A stretch of DNA of 64,000 nucleotides. Source: Candidatus Lindowbacteria bacterium RIFCSPLOWO2_12_FULL_62_27 (lineage in GTDB: Bacteria; Lindowbacteria; 2-12-FULL-62-27). The translations under genes were made by a program, and so were the position numbers. Each line of letters opens with the position of its first letter. The first letter of the stretch is position 1. Below the pieces are notes generated by a model. The model searched no databases, had not been told where the DNA came from, and saw nothing but the letters and a program-made list of their open reading frames with translations. Where the stretch lies: contig MFPR01000028.1 of NCBI GenBank assembly GCA_001784175.1, positions 263,614-327,613 on the forward strand, read 5' to 3'. Shown in pieces: positions 18,911-28,611 of the stretch.

Positions 18911-19597
18911 TCAACGGTCGACCGGAACGATCCGGCTGTAGGCCGGGTCGAGCCGGAGTTTCATGCGGCCGGCGCGGCGCGTTTCCGTGTCGGTGCGCCA
19001 GAGGGCGCGGCCTTCGAGGAGGATGGCGCGGGCGGCCGGGAAGAACGTGGAGTGGGCCGCCGTGGCGGAGGCGCTTTCGGTCCGGATGTCGGGCTCCACA
19101 GCGTCGATGCGGTCGAGCGAGAGGGGGCCGGCGGCGGCCGCCGCGCGGAAGGAAAGGGGCTCGCGGTCGAACCGGACGGCGTCCCGGGCGGACCAGGCGC
19201 CTTCGCCGAAGGAAATCTCCATCGACGATGCCGTAAAGCGGCCGCCGTAGTACAGGCGTCCGGAAATTTCCTTGAGAGAGATTCGGCCGGAATCAGGCGC
19301 CTCCATGCGTGCCTGGCCGGCGCGGGCGATGAGGTTCAGGAAGACCAGGTTATTCCGGTAAAACGCCACATCCACCGAATCCATGTCGACGCGGTCGCTT
19401 CCCCAGAGCGCCGCCGTTTCGCCGTGGATCTCGACAAACCGCTCCTCGCCGGTCTGGTACCGCAGGACGTACTGATGGAGGCGGGTGTGACCCGCGTCCG
19501 GCGCCGCCGGCTCGTGCCCGGGGCGACCGGGGCTCGATCCGCAGGCGGCGAGCAAGAGAAGCGGGAACAAGAGAACAACTCGATCAAGTCTCACCAT
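18911..19597 (-). CDS. LptC-like lipoprotein
   Basis: Lipobox LAAC and beta-jellyroll-like pattern; weak resemblance only. Confidence 0.45.
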   Translation of the reverse strand: MVRLDRVVLLFPLLLLAACGSSPGRPGHEPAAPDAGHTRLHQYVLRYQTGEERFVEIHGETAALWGSDRVDMDSVDVAFYRNNLVFLNLIARAGQARMEAPDSGRISLKEISGRLYYGGRFTASSMEISFGEGAWSARDAVRFDREPLSFRAAAAAGPLSLDRIDAVEPDIRTESASATAAHSTFFPAARAILLEGRALWRTDTETRRAGRMKLRLDPAYSRIVPVDR

Positions 19598-19641
19598 CGT
19601 GAAACAATAACCCAAAAGAATCCGTGCGGCAATGTGGGCGG

Positions 19642-21948
19642 TCAGGGAACCGTGAACGCCGCCGTCCGCGTGTTGTTGAGTTCGTTCGATTCATGGACCC
19701 AGTTGAGGGAATCGACCTCGACGGTGACCGTGTAGAACCCGGCCGGGAGTCCGGCGTTAAAGAGGAAATTTGAGTACGTTTCACTTCCGGGCGAAAAAAT
19801 CGAGTTGATGCTTTCGGACTTCTCTCCGATCTGGACACCGTCCCGGTATATCCGGCATCGGGCCGCGATGCTGGACGACGGCCCGGCGCCTTGGTTTCTG
19901 TATACCGCCCGGAGCCTGAACGCCGACCCGGCCGCCGGCGTCTGTGGATCGAGCGCAAGCGACGTCACCGTCCAGTCGGGTTTCTCCACCGCGGGAACCA
20001 CCGTAAACGCGGCTGTTCTCCGGTTGTCCGCCATGTTCGCCTCCCGGCCGATGTAGTCTCCTCCCAGAAGCAGGTCCGCTTCGAACTCGTAGTTTCCCGG
20101 CTCATGAAGGACGAGGTGAACCGCGCCCGAGGGCGGACTGATCTCGCAGGTGTCTCCCGGCGCGAGCGGCCGCATCAGGTTGTAGGAGAACGCGCTCGAC
20201 TGCAAATCCGGCTGGCCGGTCTTGCGGTACTTCCATGCGACAGACACGCCGCACGGATTGAGCGTTTCGGTCCCCACGTTCCGCATCACGATTTGGACGG
20301 CGCCGTTCTGCAGTACCTCGATCGTCGACGGCACGACCGCCAGCGTCGCAAGCGCCACGTCGGGCGGCACGAGGACGCTTCCGCCGGCGCTGGTTCGGAA
20401 TGTGCCGGACCGCGAGTTATTGGACTCGTTCGATTCCTGGACCCAGTTATCCGAATCGACCTCGACGGTGACCGTGTAGGTCCCGGCCGGGAGTCCGGCG
20501 TTGAAGAGGAAATTAGAGTACGTTTCACTGCCGGGCGAAAAAATCGAGTTGATGCTTTCGGACTTCTCTCCGACCTGGACGCCGTCCCGGTATATCCGGC
20601 ATCGGACCGCGATGCTGGACGACGGCCTTGTTCCCTGGTTTCTGTATACCGCCCGGACCCTGAACGCCGACCCGGCCGCCGGCGTCTGTGGATCGAGCGT
20701 AACCGACGTCACCGTCCAGTCAGGTTTCTCCACCGCGGGGACCACCGTAAACGCGGCAGTTCTCCGGTTGTTCGCCATGTTCACCTCCCGGCCGATGTAG
20801 TCTCCTCCCAGAAGAAGGTTCGCTTCGAACTCGTAGTTTCCGGGCTCATAGAGGAAGAGGAGGAACGCGCCTGAGGGCGGAACGATCTCGCGGGTGTCCG
20901 CCGGCGCGAGCGGTTGGAGCAGGTTGTAGGAGAAGAGGCTCGATTGCAAATCCGGCTGGCCGGTCCTTCGGTACTTCCATGCGACGGACACGCCGCACGG
21001 ATTGAGCGTCTCGATCCCCACGTTCCGCATCACGATCTTGACGGTCCCATTCTGCAGGACTTCGAGGGGCGCCGGCGTGACGGTCAGCGTCGAAAGCTCC
21101 ACGTCCGGCGGAACGAGGCGGGCAGGCGTGGGTGAATCCTGGGTTCTTGATCCTGACGTATCCTGCGCGACGATCAGATTCATCGTCCTGACGGCGTTTC
21201 TCATGTAGGCCGGCCGCGCCTTGTTCCCGATGTCGGCTTCCGCCACCAGCCGATACCGGCCCGCCGGCATGCCCGTGGGGATTTCCAAGTTCAAAGTGGC
21301 GGATGCCCCGTTGGCCAGGCGTTTCCGGACCGGTTCCTCTTTTGCGGCGACCACCCTCTGACCCTTGTACATGGACAGCCGGTTGACGACGAGATTCGGC
21401 TCAACGGCGTTCGATCTATTCACGAACAGGGCGCTGGCGGTAAAGGGCGCCGAGGCCCTCGGATTCGGCGGCGTCACCCGGATTGATTTGGCTTCGATCG
21501 AGTACTTGCCCGTGACGGTGACCTTGTCCGTTCGGGCCTCCTGGATCACGATGCGGCCACTCGGACCTCCAACGCCCTCAAGCACGATCTTGCTTGCCTC
21601 GATCTCAAAGACACCTGTCTTTGCAAACACGATCTCATCCTTACGGAACGGATATGACCGGACTTCAGAGGGTTTGAGGCTCTCGGCCGCATAGAAGGCG
21701 GCCTGCCCGGCGGCGATCCATTTGCCGCCCGCGGGCCTCACTCGCATCGAAACCTCGGCACGCACAAAAGAAACGGGCTCTTTGCCGTGGTTGGCGAGGG
21801 TCACCATGAACAGCAGTTTCTGACGCGGCTCGACGCGATCGGGTGTGACGGTGAATCGCTCGAAGTCAATGACGGGCGCGTGACTTGCGGCGGCCTGAAT
21901 CGGCGCTGCGAGGCAGGCCAGTAGTAGAATGACGGGACTTATTTTCAT
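19642..21948 (-). CDS. Secreted CARDB/Ig-domain protein with internal duplication
   Basis: RBS GGAGGAG, signal peptide, PDWTVTS...YRNQG...VDSDNWVQESNESNN CARDB motifs. Confidence 0.85.
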   Translation of the reverse strand: MKISPVILLLACLAAPIQAAASHAPVIDFERFTVTPDRVEPRQKLLFMVTLANHGKEPVSFVRAEVSMRVRPAGGKWIAAGQAAFYAAESLKPSEVRSYPFRKDEIVFAKTGVFEIEASKIVLEGVGGPSGRIVIQEARTDKVTVTGKYSIEAKSIRVTPPNPRASAPFTASALFVNRSNAVEPNLVVNRLSMYKGQRVVAAKEEPVRKRLANGASATLNLEIPTGMPAGRYRLVAEADIGNKARPAYMRNAVRTMNLIVAQDTSGSRTQDSPTPARLVPPDVELSTLTVTPAPLEVLQNGTVKIVMRNVGIETLNPCGVSVAWKYRRTGQPDLQSSLFSYNLLQPLAPADTREIVPPSGAFLLFLYEPGNYEFEANLLLGGDYIGREVNMANNRRTAAFTVVPAVEKPDWTVTSVTLDPQTPAAGSAFRVRAVYRNQGTRPSSSIAVRCRIYRDGVQVGEKSESINSIFSPGSETYSNFLFNAGLPAGTYTVTVEVDSDNWVQESNESNNSRSGTFRTSAGGSVLVPPDVALATLAVVPSTIEVLQNGAVQIVMRNVGTETLNPCGVSVAWKYRKTGQPDLQSSAFSYNLMRPLAPGDTCEISPPSGAVHLVLHEPGNYEFEADLLLGGDYIGREANMADNRRTAAFTVVPAVEKPDWTVTSLALDPQTPAAGSAFRLRAVYRNQGAGPSSSIAARCRIYRDGVQIGEKSESINSIFSPGSETYSNFLFNAGLPAGFYTVTVEVDSLNWVHESNELNNTRTAAFTVP
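19650..21119. repeat. 744-bp tandem direct duplication (end points approximate)
   Basis: Matching anchors at 19709/20453 and 20227/20971, both 744 apart. Confidence 0.9.
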
Positions 21949-22487
21949 CTGAGTGCTCCTCCCTCGTTTTCGTAATACAGTCCGACGGCATATCTTCCCG
22001 GCGCGCCGCCCAGCAGCCAATCACGGAAAGTCCGACAGGCGCCGAGCAGAAACATGGAATCAAACGAGCGCGAGATGACGCAAGCGCGCGCGCCGGGGAT
22101 TTCCGGCGCGGCCGGTTTTCCCGCGGTCTTTGCCTGCGCCTGCGCCGCCTGGTACCTCAGCTTCAAGGACACCTTGGATCCGGCCGGGAAATACTGCACC
22201 TGCGATGTCACGATCTTGAGCACGCCCTCCACCGGAGGATTGTCAATGCCCGGCACGGCGGTGTTCAACAAATTCAAATATCCATCCCGCGTGGCCCATG
22301 CGCCTCTTATGGCCTCGACCCGATTGTCGGGCGTCTGGACCTCGCCCCGGTAATCTTGATTGGATCCATTGAAACCATAGAGTTCCCACATATAAAGCGG
22401 CGCGGCGGTTGCCGCGGTGCCGGAAAACAGGCACAGGCAAATCACGGTTACTAACATTGCGCTCCAATCTCGCTTCTTCATTGTCAT
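21945..22487 (-). CDS. Hypothetical secreted protein
   Basis: MTMKKRDW...TAATA signal peptide; ATGA overlap with the CARDB gene. Confidence 0.7.
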   Translation of the reverse strand: MTMKKRDWSAMLVTVICLCLFSGTAATAAPLYMWELYGFNGSNQDYRGEVQTPDNRVEAIRGAWATRDGYLNLLNTAVPGIDNPPVEGVLKIVTSQVQYFPAGSKVSLKLRYQAAQAQAKTAGKPAAPEIPGARACVISRSFDSMFLLGACRTFRDWLLGGAPGRYAVGLYYENEGGALR

Positions 22488-22565
22488 CACCCGCTCTGCC
22501 TTCTCCCTCCTGCGAGGGTTCTTGATATGACCTACCATTCGCGCCGCGAACTGAACGGAACAGTG

Positions 22566-22581
22566 GCAATCGCCGTGCCAG
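22566..22581 (-). promoter_or_regulatory. Sigma54 -24/-12 promoter
   Basis: Minus strand reads CTGGCAC-GGCGA-TTGC, an exact consensus match in spacing. Confidence 0.7.
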
Positions 22582-22649
22582 ATCGTCCGGCGCGGCTGCA
22601 TATTTTCTAAGTAGCAGAGCCGAAGTCGATTAATCATTCACACAAAGTC

Positions 22650-22665
22650 TGTGATCCAGATCACA
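22650..22665. promoter_or_regulatory. CRP-like palindromic binding site
   Basis: TGTGA-TCCAGA-TCACA in an AT-rich divergent intergenic region. Confidence 0.65.
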
Positions 22666-22741
22666 AAGATGTTGAACGTTATAGATTTATATACGTGGGC
22701 GGATGAATCTTCAGACGGATGCACAGTTCAAAACAAACGCA

Positions 22742-22770
22742 TTGACAACCGGCGGCCGGGCGACTAAAAT
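22742..22770 (+). promoter_or_regulatory. Sigma70 promoter of the mqn operon
   Basis: TTGACA-N17-TAAAAT. Confidence 0.75.
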
Positions 22771-22782
22771 GCGGTTTACTTT

Positions 22783-23889
22783 ATGCAACTACACTCACGA
22801 AGCGCCGCAGACCGGATCGAGGGGAAGATCGATCGAGGGGATCGGCTGGATTTTGAAGACGGGATGGAGATTCTGACGAACTTTGACCTCTTGCGGTACG
22901 GCCGGCTGGCAAACCGCGAGCGGGAGCGGCGGCACGGGGACCGGGCGTACTACGTCATCAATTTTCATTTGAATCCGACGAACATCTGCGTCTACCGGTG
23001 CATGTTTTGCGCGTTCCGGCGGGACGAGGGTGAGGCGGGTGCGTATTTTTTTGAGGTACCGCACGCGGTGGAGCACTGCGTGGAGGCGCACCGGCGGCTG
23101 GGGTTTACGGAGATTCACATGGTCGGCGGGATGCATCCGACGCGGCACTGGGAGTATTCGCTGGATCTTCTGAGGGCGCTGAAAGCGGCGCTTCCGCAAG
23201 TGCACCTGAAGGCGTTCACGGCGGTCGAGATCCAATTTTTCGCGCGGGTGACGGGTCTGCCTGTGGAGGCGGTGCTGGAGCGCATGGTCGACGCGGGATT
23301 GGACAGCCTGCCGGGCGGCGGCGCGGAGATTTTTGCGCCGCGCGTGCGTCGCGCGATCTGCGCGGAGAAGGCGAGCGCAGAGGAGTGGCTGAGCGTGCAC
23401 CGGCTCGCGCACCGGATGGGATTGAAATCGACGTCGACGATGCTGTACGGCCACATCGAGCGCCCGGAGGAGGTCGTCGACCACATTCTGCGGATCCGCG
23501 ACCTGCAGGACGAGACGAGCGGCTTCAACGTTTTCATTCCCCTGGCCTTTCATCCCGAAAACACGAATTTCGAATCGACGCGCCGGCCGACCACCGGCCT
23601 CCGCGATCTCAAGATGCTCGTGCTGTCGCGGCTATTGCTGGACAATGTATCGCATATCAAGGCCTACTGGATCATGCTGGGCGAGAAGCTTTCGCAGGTC
23701 GCGCTGTCCTTCGGCGTCGACGATTTTGACGGCACCGTCGGCGAGGAAAAGATCACGCACATGGCCGGCGCGACCACTCCGCAGGAGTTGCCGACCGAGC
23801 GGATCCGCCGGATCATCCGGGAGGCGGGCCGGGTTCCGGTGCAGCGGGATTCGTTGTACGATCTTCTCGAGATGGCCGGGGTGGCGTGA
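22783..23889 (+). CDS. mqnE: Aminofutalosine synthase (radical SAM)
   Basis: NPTNICVYRCMFCAF, LPGGGAEIF, HIKAYWIMLG, EEKITHMAGA. Confidence 0.9.
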   Translation: MQLHSRSAADRIEGKIDRGDRLDFEDGMEILTNFDLLRYGRLANRERERRHGDRAYYVINFHLNPTNICVYRCMFCAFRRDEGEAGAYFFEVPHAVEHCVEAHRRLGFTEIHMVGGMHPTRHWEYSLDLLRALKAALPQVHLKAFTAVEIQFFARVTGLPVEAVLERMVDAGLDSLPGGGAEIFAPRVRRAICAEKASAEEWLSVHRLAHRMGLKSTSTMLYGHIERPEEVVDHILRIRDLQDETSGFNVFIPLAFHPENTNFESTRRPTTGLRDLKMLVLSRLLLDNVSHIKAYWIMLGEKLSQVALSFGVDDFDGTVGEEKITHMAGATTPQELPTERIRRIIREAGRVPVQRDSLYDLLEMAGVA

Positions 23890-24719
23890 TGGCGCGGCTG
23901 AAAATCGGGTCGGTGCCGTATTTGAACGCGCTGCCGCTGATCGAGGGGCTGGAGGACAAGGTCAGCGTCGATCTGACCTTCGCGTCTCCGGTCCAGCTCG
24001 AAGTGGATCTGGACCGGGGCGTTCTGGACGCCGCGCTGGTGCCGGTCATCACGCTCTTCGACCGGCCGCACCTGTCGATGTTTCCGTTCGCGGGGATCGC
24101 GTGCGAAGACGAAGCCGGCAGTGTCCTGTTTTTCCGCCGGCCGGGGTCGGAGTTGAAGCGGGTGGCGTATGACCGCGGCTCGCGTTCTTCCCTGACGCTT
24201 CTGCGGGTGATCCTGGCGCATGAGGGCCTGAGGCCGCAGTGGGTCCCGATGGACGCGAATCTGGACAAGATGCTCGCCGCGGCCGACGGCGCGCTTCTGA
24301 TCGGCGATGCCGCGCTGGCCGCGCGCGGCGATCCGCGCCTCGTGTTTGATCTGGGTGGGCGGTGGCGGAAGCAGACCCACATGCCGTTCGTGTTCGCGGT
24401 CTGGGCGGCTCGGACGGACCATTTGCGTCGGACCGACCTGGGGCATCTCTTGACCGACGCGTCGGCGCAGGGCCTGAACAAGCTGGTGGCGATCTCGAAC
24501 CGGGTGGCCGGCCGGGCGGGCATGTCGGCCATGGACATTCTGGTCTATTTCACGAAAAATCTACGATACCGGCTGGGGATCATTCATCTGGACGCGCTCG
24601 ATCAGTTCCGCAAGCTGAGCGCGGCGCTGCCGCCGATGTCCGAAGTTCTCGCCAGCGAAATCCCCGCCTCCCCGGCCTCTTCCAACCCCGGCGCGCCCCG
24701 TCCGGTCAAGATTCTGTGA
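23889..24719 (+). CDS. mqnA: Chorismate dehydratase
   Basis: IGSVPYLNALPL, ALLIGDAAL, DLG..W...T.MPFVFAVW. Confidence 0.9.
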   Translation: MARLKIGSVPYLNALPLIEGLEDKVSVDLTFASPVQLEVDLDRGVLDAALVPVITLFDRPHLSMFPFAGIACEDEAGSVLFFRRPGSELKRVAYDRGSRSSLTLLRVILAHEGLRPQWVPMDANLDKMLAAADGALLIGDAALAARGDPRLVFDLGGRWRKQTHMPFVFAVWAARTDHLRRTDLGHLLTDASAQGLNKLVAISNRVAGRAGMSAMDILVYFTKNLRYRLGIIHLDALDQFRKLSAALPPMSEVLASEIPASPASSNPGAPRPVKIL

Positions 24720-25765
24720 CCGCCGCCGTCGCCGTCGCTGCGCGGCTGTCGGTGGACGACGCCGTCCGGCTCCACGAGCGCGCGTCCCTGCCGGAACTCG
24801 GCGAGATGGCGTTCGCGCGTCGCCGCGAGCTGCATCCGGACGGCGTGGTGACCTACGTGATCGACCGGAACATCAATTACACAAACGTGTGCGTGACCGG
24901 TTGCAGTTTCTGCGCGTTCTTCCGATACCCGCACGAGACCGGCGGCTACGTGCTGTCGCAGGCGGAGATGGACAAAAAAATTCAAGGGACGCTGGACCTC
25001 GGCGGCACGGGGATTCTGATCCAAGGCGGGCTGAACCCGCGGCTGGGGTTGAACTATTACGTGGACCTTTTTTCAGACATCCGCGAAAGATTCCCGGAGA
25101 TCCACATTCACGGCCTGTCGGCCGAAGAGATTTTCTTCATCGCGAAGATATCCAAACAATCGTTCGAGGAAGTTTTGAGCGCACTCCAGGCCGCGGGCCT
25201 CCGGACGCTGCCGGGCGGCGGCGCGGAGATTCTGGTCGACGAGCAGCGCCGGAAGGTCCACCGGTCGCAGTGCACGGCCGACGCGTGGTTCGAGATCCAC
25301 CGGACCGCGCACCGGCTGGGCCTCCGGTCGACGTGCACGCAGGTGATCGGATTTGACGAAGCGGTCGAGCAGCGGGTCCGGCACCTGGAGCGGCTGCGGG
25401 ACCTGCAGGACGAGACCGGCGGATTTACGGCGTTCATCACGTGGACGTACCAGCCGACCGATGCGCGCGGACTGGGCGGCTCGGTGACGGGGCCGAACGC
25501 ATATCTGAAGCACCTCGCGCTGTGCCGGCTTTTTTTGGACAACGTGCCGAATCTCCAGTCGTCGTGGCCGACGCAGGGCGAGAAGATCGGCCAGCTTGCG
25601 CTTTTTTTCGGCGCGAACGACATGGGCAGCACGATGATCGAGGAGAACGTCGTCGCATCGGCCGGAACGATCTATCACATGAGCGAAAAACGGGTCCGGG
25701 AGCTGATCACCGATGCGGGATTCATGCCTAAGAAAAGGACGCACCTCTACGAGCGCCTCGAATAG
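24716..25765 (+). CDS. mqnC: Cyclic dehypoxanthine futalosine synthase
   Basis: VTYVIDRNINYTNVC...CSFCAF, NLQSSW, FGANDMGSTMIEENVV; GTGA overlap. Confidence 0.9.
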   Translation: MTAAVAVAARLSVDDAVRLHERASLPELGEMAFARRRELHPDGVVTYVIDRNINYTNVCVTGCSFCAFFRYPHETGGYVLSQAEMDKKIQGTLDLGGTGILIQGGLNPRLGLNYYVDLFSDIRERFPEIHIHGLSAEEIFFIAKISKQSFEEVLSALQAAGLRTLPGGGAEILVDEQRRKVHRSQCTADAWFEIHRTAHRLGLRSTCTQVIGFDEAVEQRVRHLERLRDLQDETGGFTAFITWTYQPTDARGLGGSVTGPNAYLKHLALCRLFLDNVPNLQSSWPTQGEKIGQLALFFGANDMGSTMIEENVVASAGTIYHMSEKRVRELITDAGFMPKKRTHLYERLE

Positions 25766-25766
25766 G

Positions 25767-26174
25767 GTGCCTCGAAAAACCAAACCCAAGGCAAGTCCGA
25801 AATCCGTTACAGCCGGTCGCCGCCGTGCGCGCCCCTCCGGTCCTCCGACGCTTGAGCGGCGGATTATCGACATTCTGTCGGACTTCAAAGCCGAGAACAT
25901 CCAAACCGTCCCGCTGGAAAACCATGTCGCAGATTCGTTCGTGATCGCGACCGCCACAGGCGTGCGGCACCTGCACAGCCTGGCGGAAAATCTGCTGGAG
26001 AAGATGCAATTGCAGGGCGTGCGCGCGCACCACGTCGAGGGCTACGGCGCGTCCCCGTCGGCCCGGTGGGTCCTGGTCGACTACATGGACGTCGTCGTCC
26101 ACCTCTTCACGGAGGAGGGCCGGCGGTTTTACAATCTCGACCGACTGATGGAGGAAAGGCGCCCCGCCGCGTAG
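25767..26174 (+). CDS. rsfS: Ribosome silencing factor
   Basis: KAENI, DSFVIAT, WVLVDYMDVVVHLF...RRFYNLDRL. Confidence 0.9.
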   Translation: MPRKTKPKASPKSVTAGRRRARPSGPPTLERRIIDILSDFKAENIQTVPLENHVADSFVIATATGVRHLHSLAENLLEKMQLQGVRAHHVEGYGASPSARWVLVDYMDVVVHLFTEEGRRFYNLDRLMEERRPAA

Positions 26175-26197
26175 CCGACCCTTAAAGGGCGGCTACG
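26170..26197. terminator. GTAG-bounded hairpin between convergent genes (bidirectional terminator or REP-like)
   Basis: CGTAGCCG-A-CCCT-TAA-AGGG-CGGCTACG; contains both stop codons. Confidence 0.6.
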
Positions 26198-27434
26198 GAG
26201 TTTTACCAGTTTTGAGAAATATCTCGACGTGTTTCAGCGCGGATTTTCGGTTGACCGGAACAGGCCGGCTCAACTTTTCGATCGAGGTCTTGGCGGATTT
26301 CACGTCCTTCAGGCCATTTCCCGAAACAAGGCACAGAACCGACGCGGTTCTGGGGATGCAGCGGTCCCGCGCGGCTCGGCGCAGCGCCGCGGCGGCGCAG
26401 GCGGCGGCCGGTTCGGCGAAGACGCCGGCCTTGCGCGCGAGGTACGGGATCGCGGCGAGGATTTCGGCGTCGGTGACTTCAACGGCGAACCCGTCCGACC
26501 GGCGGATATAATCGACCGCGAGGTCTCCGTCGCGCGGGAGGTCGACGCTGATCGAATCGGCGACCGTTGTCGCGCGCACGGGGCGCAGCCGGCCGGTCTT
26601 GAGCGCGCGCGCGATCGCGTTGCTCCGGGTGGATTGCGCCGCGATCATGCGGGGCACGCGGCGGGTCAGTCCGAGGGTTTTCAATTCGAAGAATCCCTTT
26701 GCGACGCCTGAAATGATGTTGCCGTCGCCGGTGGCGACGATGACGTACTCAGGCACGTTCCAGCCCATCTGCTCCGCGATTTCGTATGCGCATATTTTTT
26801 TCCCTTCCCGCGTGAAAGGATTCAGTCCCGTGTTGCGGTTGTAGAGTCCGAACGTCTCCGTGGCCTTCACCGAGAGATCAAATGCGTCGTCGTAGGTGCC
26901 GTCGACGGCGAAGACGGTTGCGCCGAACACGAGGAGCTGCGCGATTTTGGCTTCCGGCGCGGCCGCCGGGACGAAAATCAGCGTGCGCACGCCCACGGCC
27001 GCCGAGAGGCACGCGAGCGACGCGGCGGCGTTGCCGGTCGACGCCGCGACTACGCGGCGGCGGTTCAGGTTCAGCGCACGCAGAATCGCGACGGAGCTGG
27101 CGCGGTCCTTGAAGGACGCCGACGGCAGCCGTCCGTCGTCCTTGACCATGACCCGGCGAAATCCGGTGTCCTTCGCGAGCGCCGCCGAATCGTACAGCGG
27201 CGTATCGCCGATCAGGAGCGGGATCGAGGGCGTGTCCGCCCGCAGGGGCAGGACATCGCGCCAGCGATCCAGGCCGCACCCGCGCCGGGCGCGGACGCGG
27301 CGGGCGAGCGGCTTCGTCAGGTCAAAAACGACTTCCAGATTTTTCCCGCAGGAAGGACACCCATACACGATCCGATCCGGCCGCGGTTCGGAAAAACCGC
27401 AAAACCGGCACGACCGGCGCCAAGCCGGATTCAA
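26193..27434 (-). CDS. thrC: Threonine synthase-like PLP enzyme
   Basis: PSASFKDRAS, ASTGNAAAS, REGKK, GVFAEPA, SGNGLKD, N-terminal CxxC pairs. Confidence 0.8.
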   Translation of the reverse strand: MNPAWRRSCRFCGFSEPRPDRIVYGCPSCGKNLEVVFDLTKPLARRVRARRGCGLDRWRDVLPLRADTPSIPLLIGDTPLYDSAALAKDTGFRRVMVKDDGRLPSASFKDRASSVAILRALNLNRRRVVAASTGNAAASLACLSAAVGVRTLIFVPAAAPEAKIAQLLVFGATVFAVDGTYDDAFDLSVKATETFGLYNRNTGLNPFTREGKKICAYEIAEQMGWNVPEYVIVATGDGNIISGVAKGFFELKTLGLTRRVPRMIAAQSTRSNAIARALKTGRLRPVRATTVADSISVDLPRDGDLAVDYIRRSDGFAVEVTDAEILAAIPYLARKAGVFAEPAAACAAAALRRAARDRCIPRTASVLCLVSGNGLKDVKSAKTSIEKLSRPVPVNRKSALKHVEIFLKTGKTP

Positions 27435-27435
27435 T

Positions 27436-28611
27436 TCAATACCGCGGCACAGACGGGTCGACGTCGGTGCTCCAGGATTCGATGCCGCCTTTCATGCTTT
27501 TGATATTCTCGAACCCCTGCTCGCGGAGGAAATTGGCGGCCTTGAGGGAGCGCATGCCGCGGTGGCAGAAGGCGACGATCTCGTCCCTGGGATTGAGCAA
27601 ATTGAAGTGTGTCGGAATCTCCCCGAGCGGGATGTGCATCGCGCCGTCGATCCGGCAGATGGCGAGTTCCGAATCTTCGCGCACATCGACCATCACCAGT
27701 TTCGGATTCTTTTTGCGCAGGTCCGCGACCTCCTCCGCCGTCAGTTCCTGGACGCCGTTGGCGCCCGCGGCCGCCTCCGGCGCCGCGGCCTCGCCCCGGC
27801 CCAGTCCGCAGAACTGTTCGTAGTCGATGAGCTGGTGGATGGTGCGGTTGGCGCCGCAGACGGGGCACTCGGGATTCTGGCGGATCCTGACCTCGCGGAA
27901 CTTCATCTCCATCGCGTTGAAGAGGACCAGCCGGCCGATGAGGGGGCTGCCTTTGCCGAGAATGATCTTGATCGCCTCCGTCGCCTGGATCAGCCCGATG
28001 ATCCCGGGCAGAATTCCCAGAACGCCCCCCTCGGCGCAGCTCGGCACCGCGCCCGGCGGCGGCGGTTCGGGATAGAGACAACGGTAGCAGGGACCCTTGC
28101 CCGGATAAAACACGGTGGCCTGGCCTTCGAACCTGAAGATGGAGCCGTAGATGTTGGGTTTCCCGGAGAGGACGCAGGCGTCGTTCATCAAGTACCGCGT
28201 CGGGAAATTATCGGTGCCGTCGATGACGATGTCATGGTCGCGGATGATGTCCATGGCGTTGTCGGACGAAATTTTCGCAACGACCGTGTTGACCTTGCAG
28301 AACGGATTGATCTCGGCGATTTTCGCCTTGGCGGACTCGACCTTGAGTTTCCCGAGGTCGGACGTGAAATGGATGACCTGCCGCTGTAGGTTCGACTCGT
28401 CGACGCGGTCGAAGTCGACCAGCGTCAGCTCTCCAACGCCGGCGGCGGACAGGTACATCGCGAGCGGCGACCCGAGCCCACCGGCGCCGATGAGGAGAAT
28501 TTTCGCCTTGAGCAGTTTTTCCTGCCCCTCGACCCCGACTTCCGGCATGATGAGGTGCCGGCTGAACCGTGCGATCTGCGCTTGTGTTAACGGCATGCCG
28601 GTATTCTGCAC
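27436..28611 (-). CDS. moeB: MoeB/MoeZ adenylyltransferase with rhodanese domain
   Basis: GAGGLGSP, SNLQRQ, PCYRCL, PSCAEGGVLG, CHRGMRS; alternative ATG at 28596. Confidence 0.9.
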   Translation of the reverse strand: MQNTGMPLTQAQIARFSRHLIMPEVGVEGQEKLLKAKILLIGAGGLGSPLAMYLSAAGVGELTLVDFDRVDESNLQRQVIHFTSDLGKLKVESAKAKIAEINPFCKVNTVVAKISSDNAMDIIRDHDIVIDGTDNFPTRYLMNDACVLSGKPNIYGSIFRFEGQATVFYPGKGPCYRCLYPEPPPPGAVPSCAEGGVLGILPGIIGLIQATEAIKIILGKGSPLIGRLVLFNAMEMKFREVRIRQNPECPVCGANRTIHQLIDYEQFCGLGRGEAAAPEAAAGANGVQELTAEEVADLRKKNPKLVMVDVREDSELAICRIDGAMHIPLGEIPTHFNLLNPRDEIVAFCHRGMRSLKAANFLREQGFENIKSMKGGIESWSTDVDPSVPRY

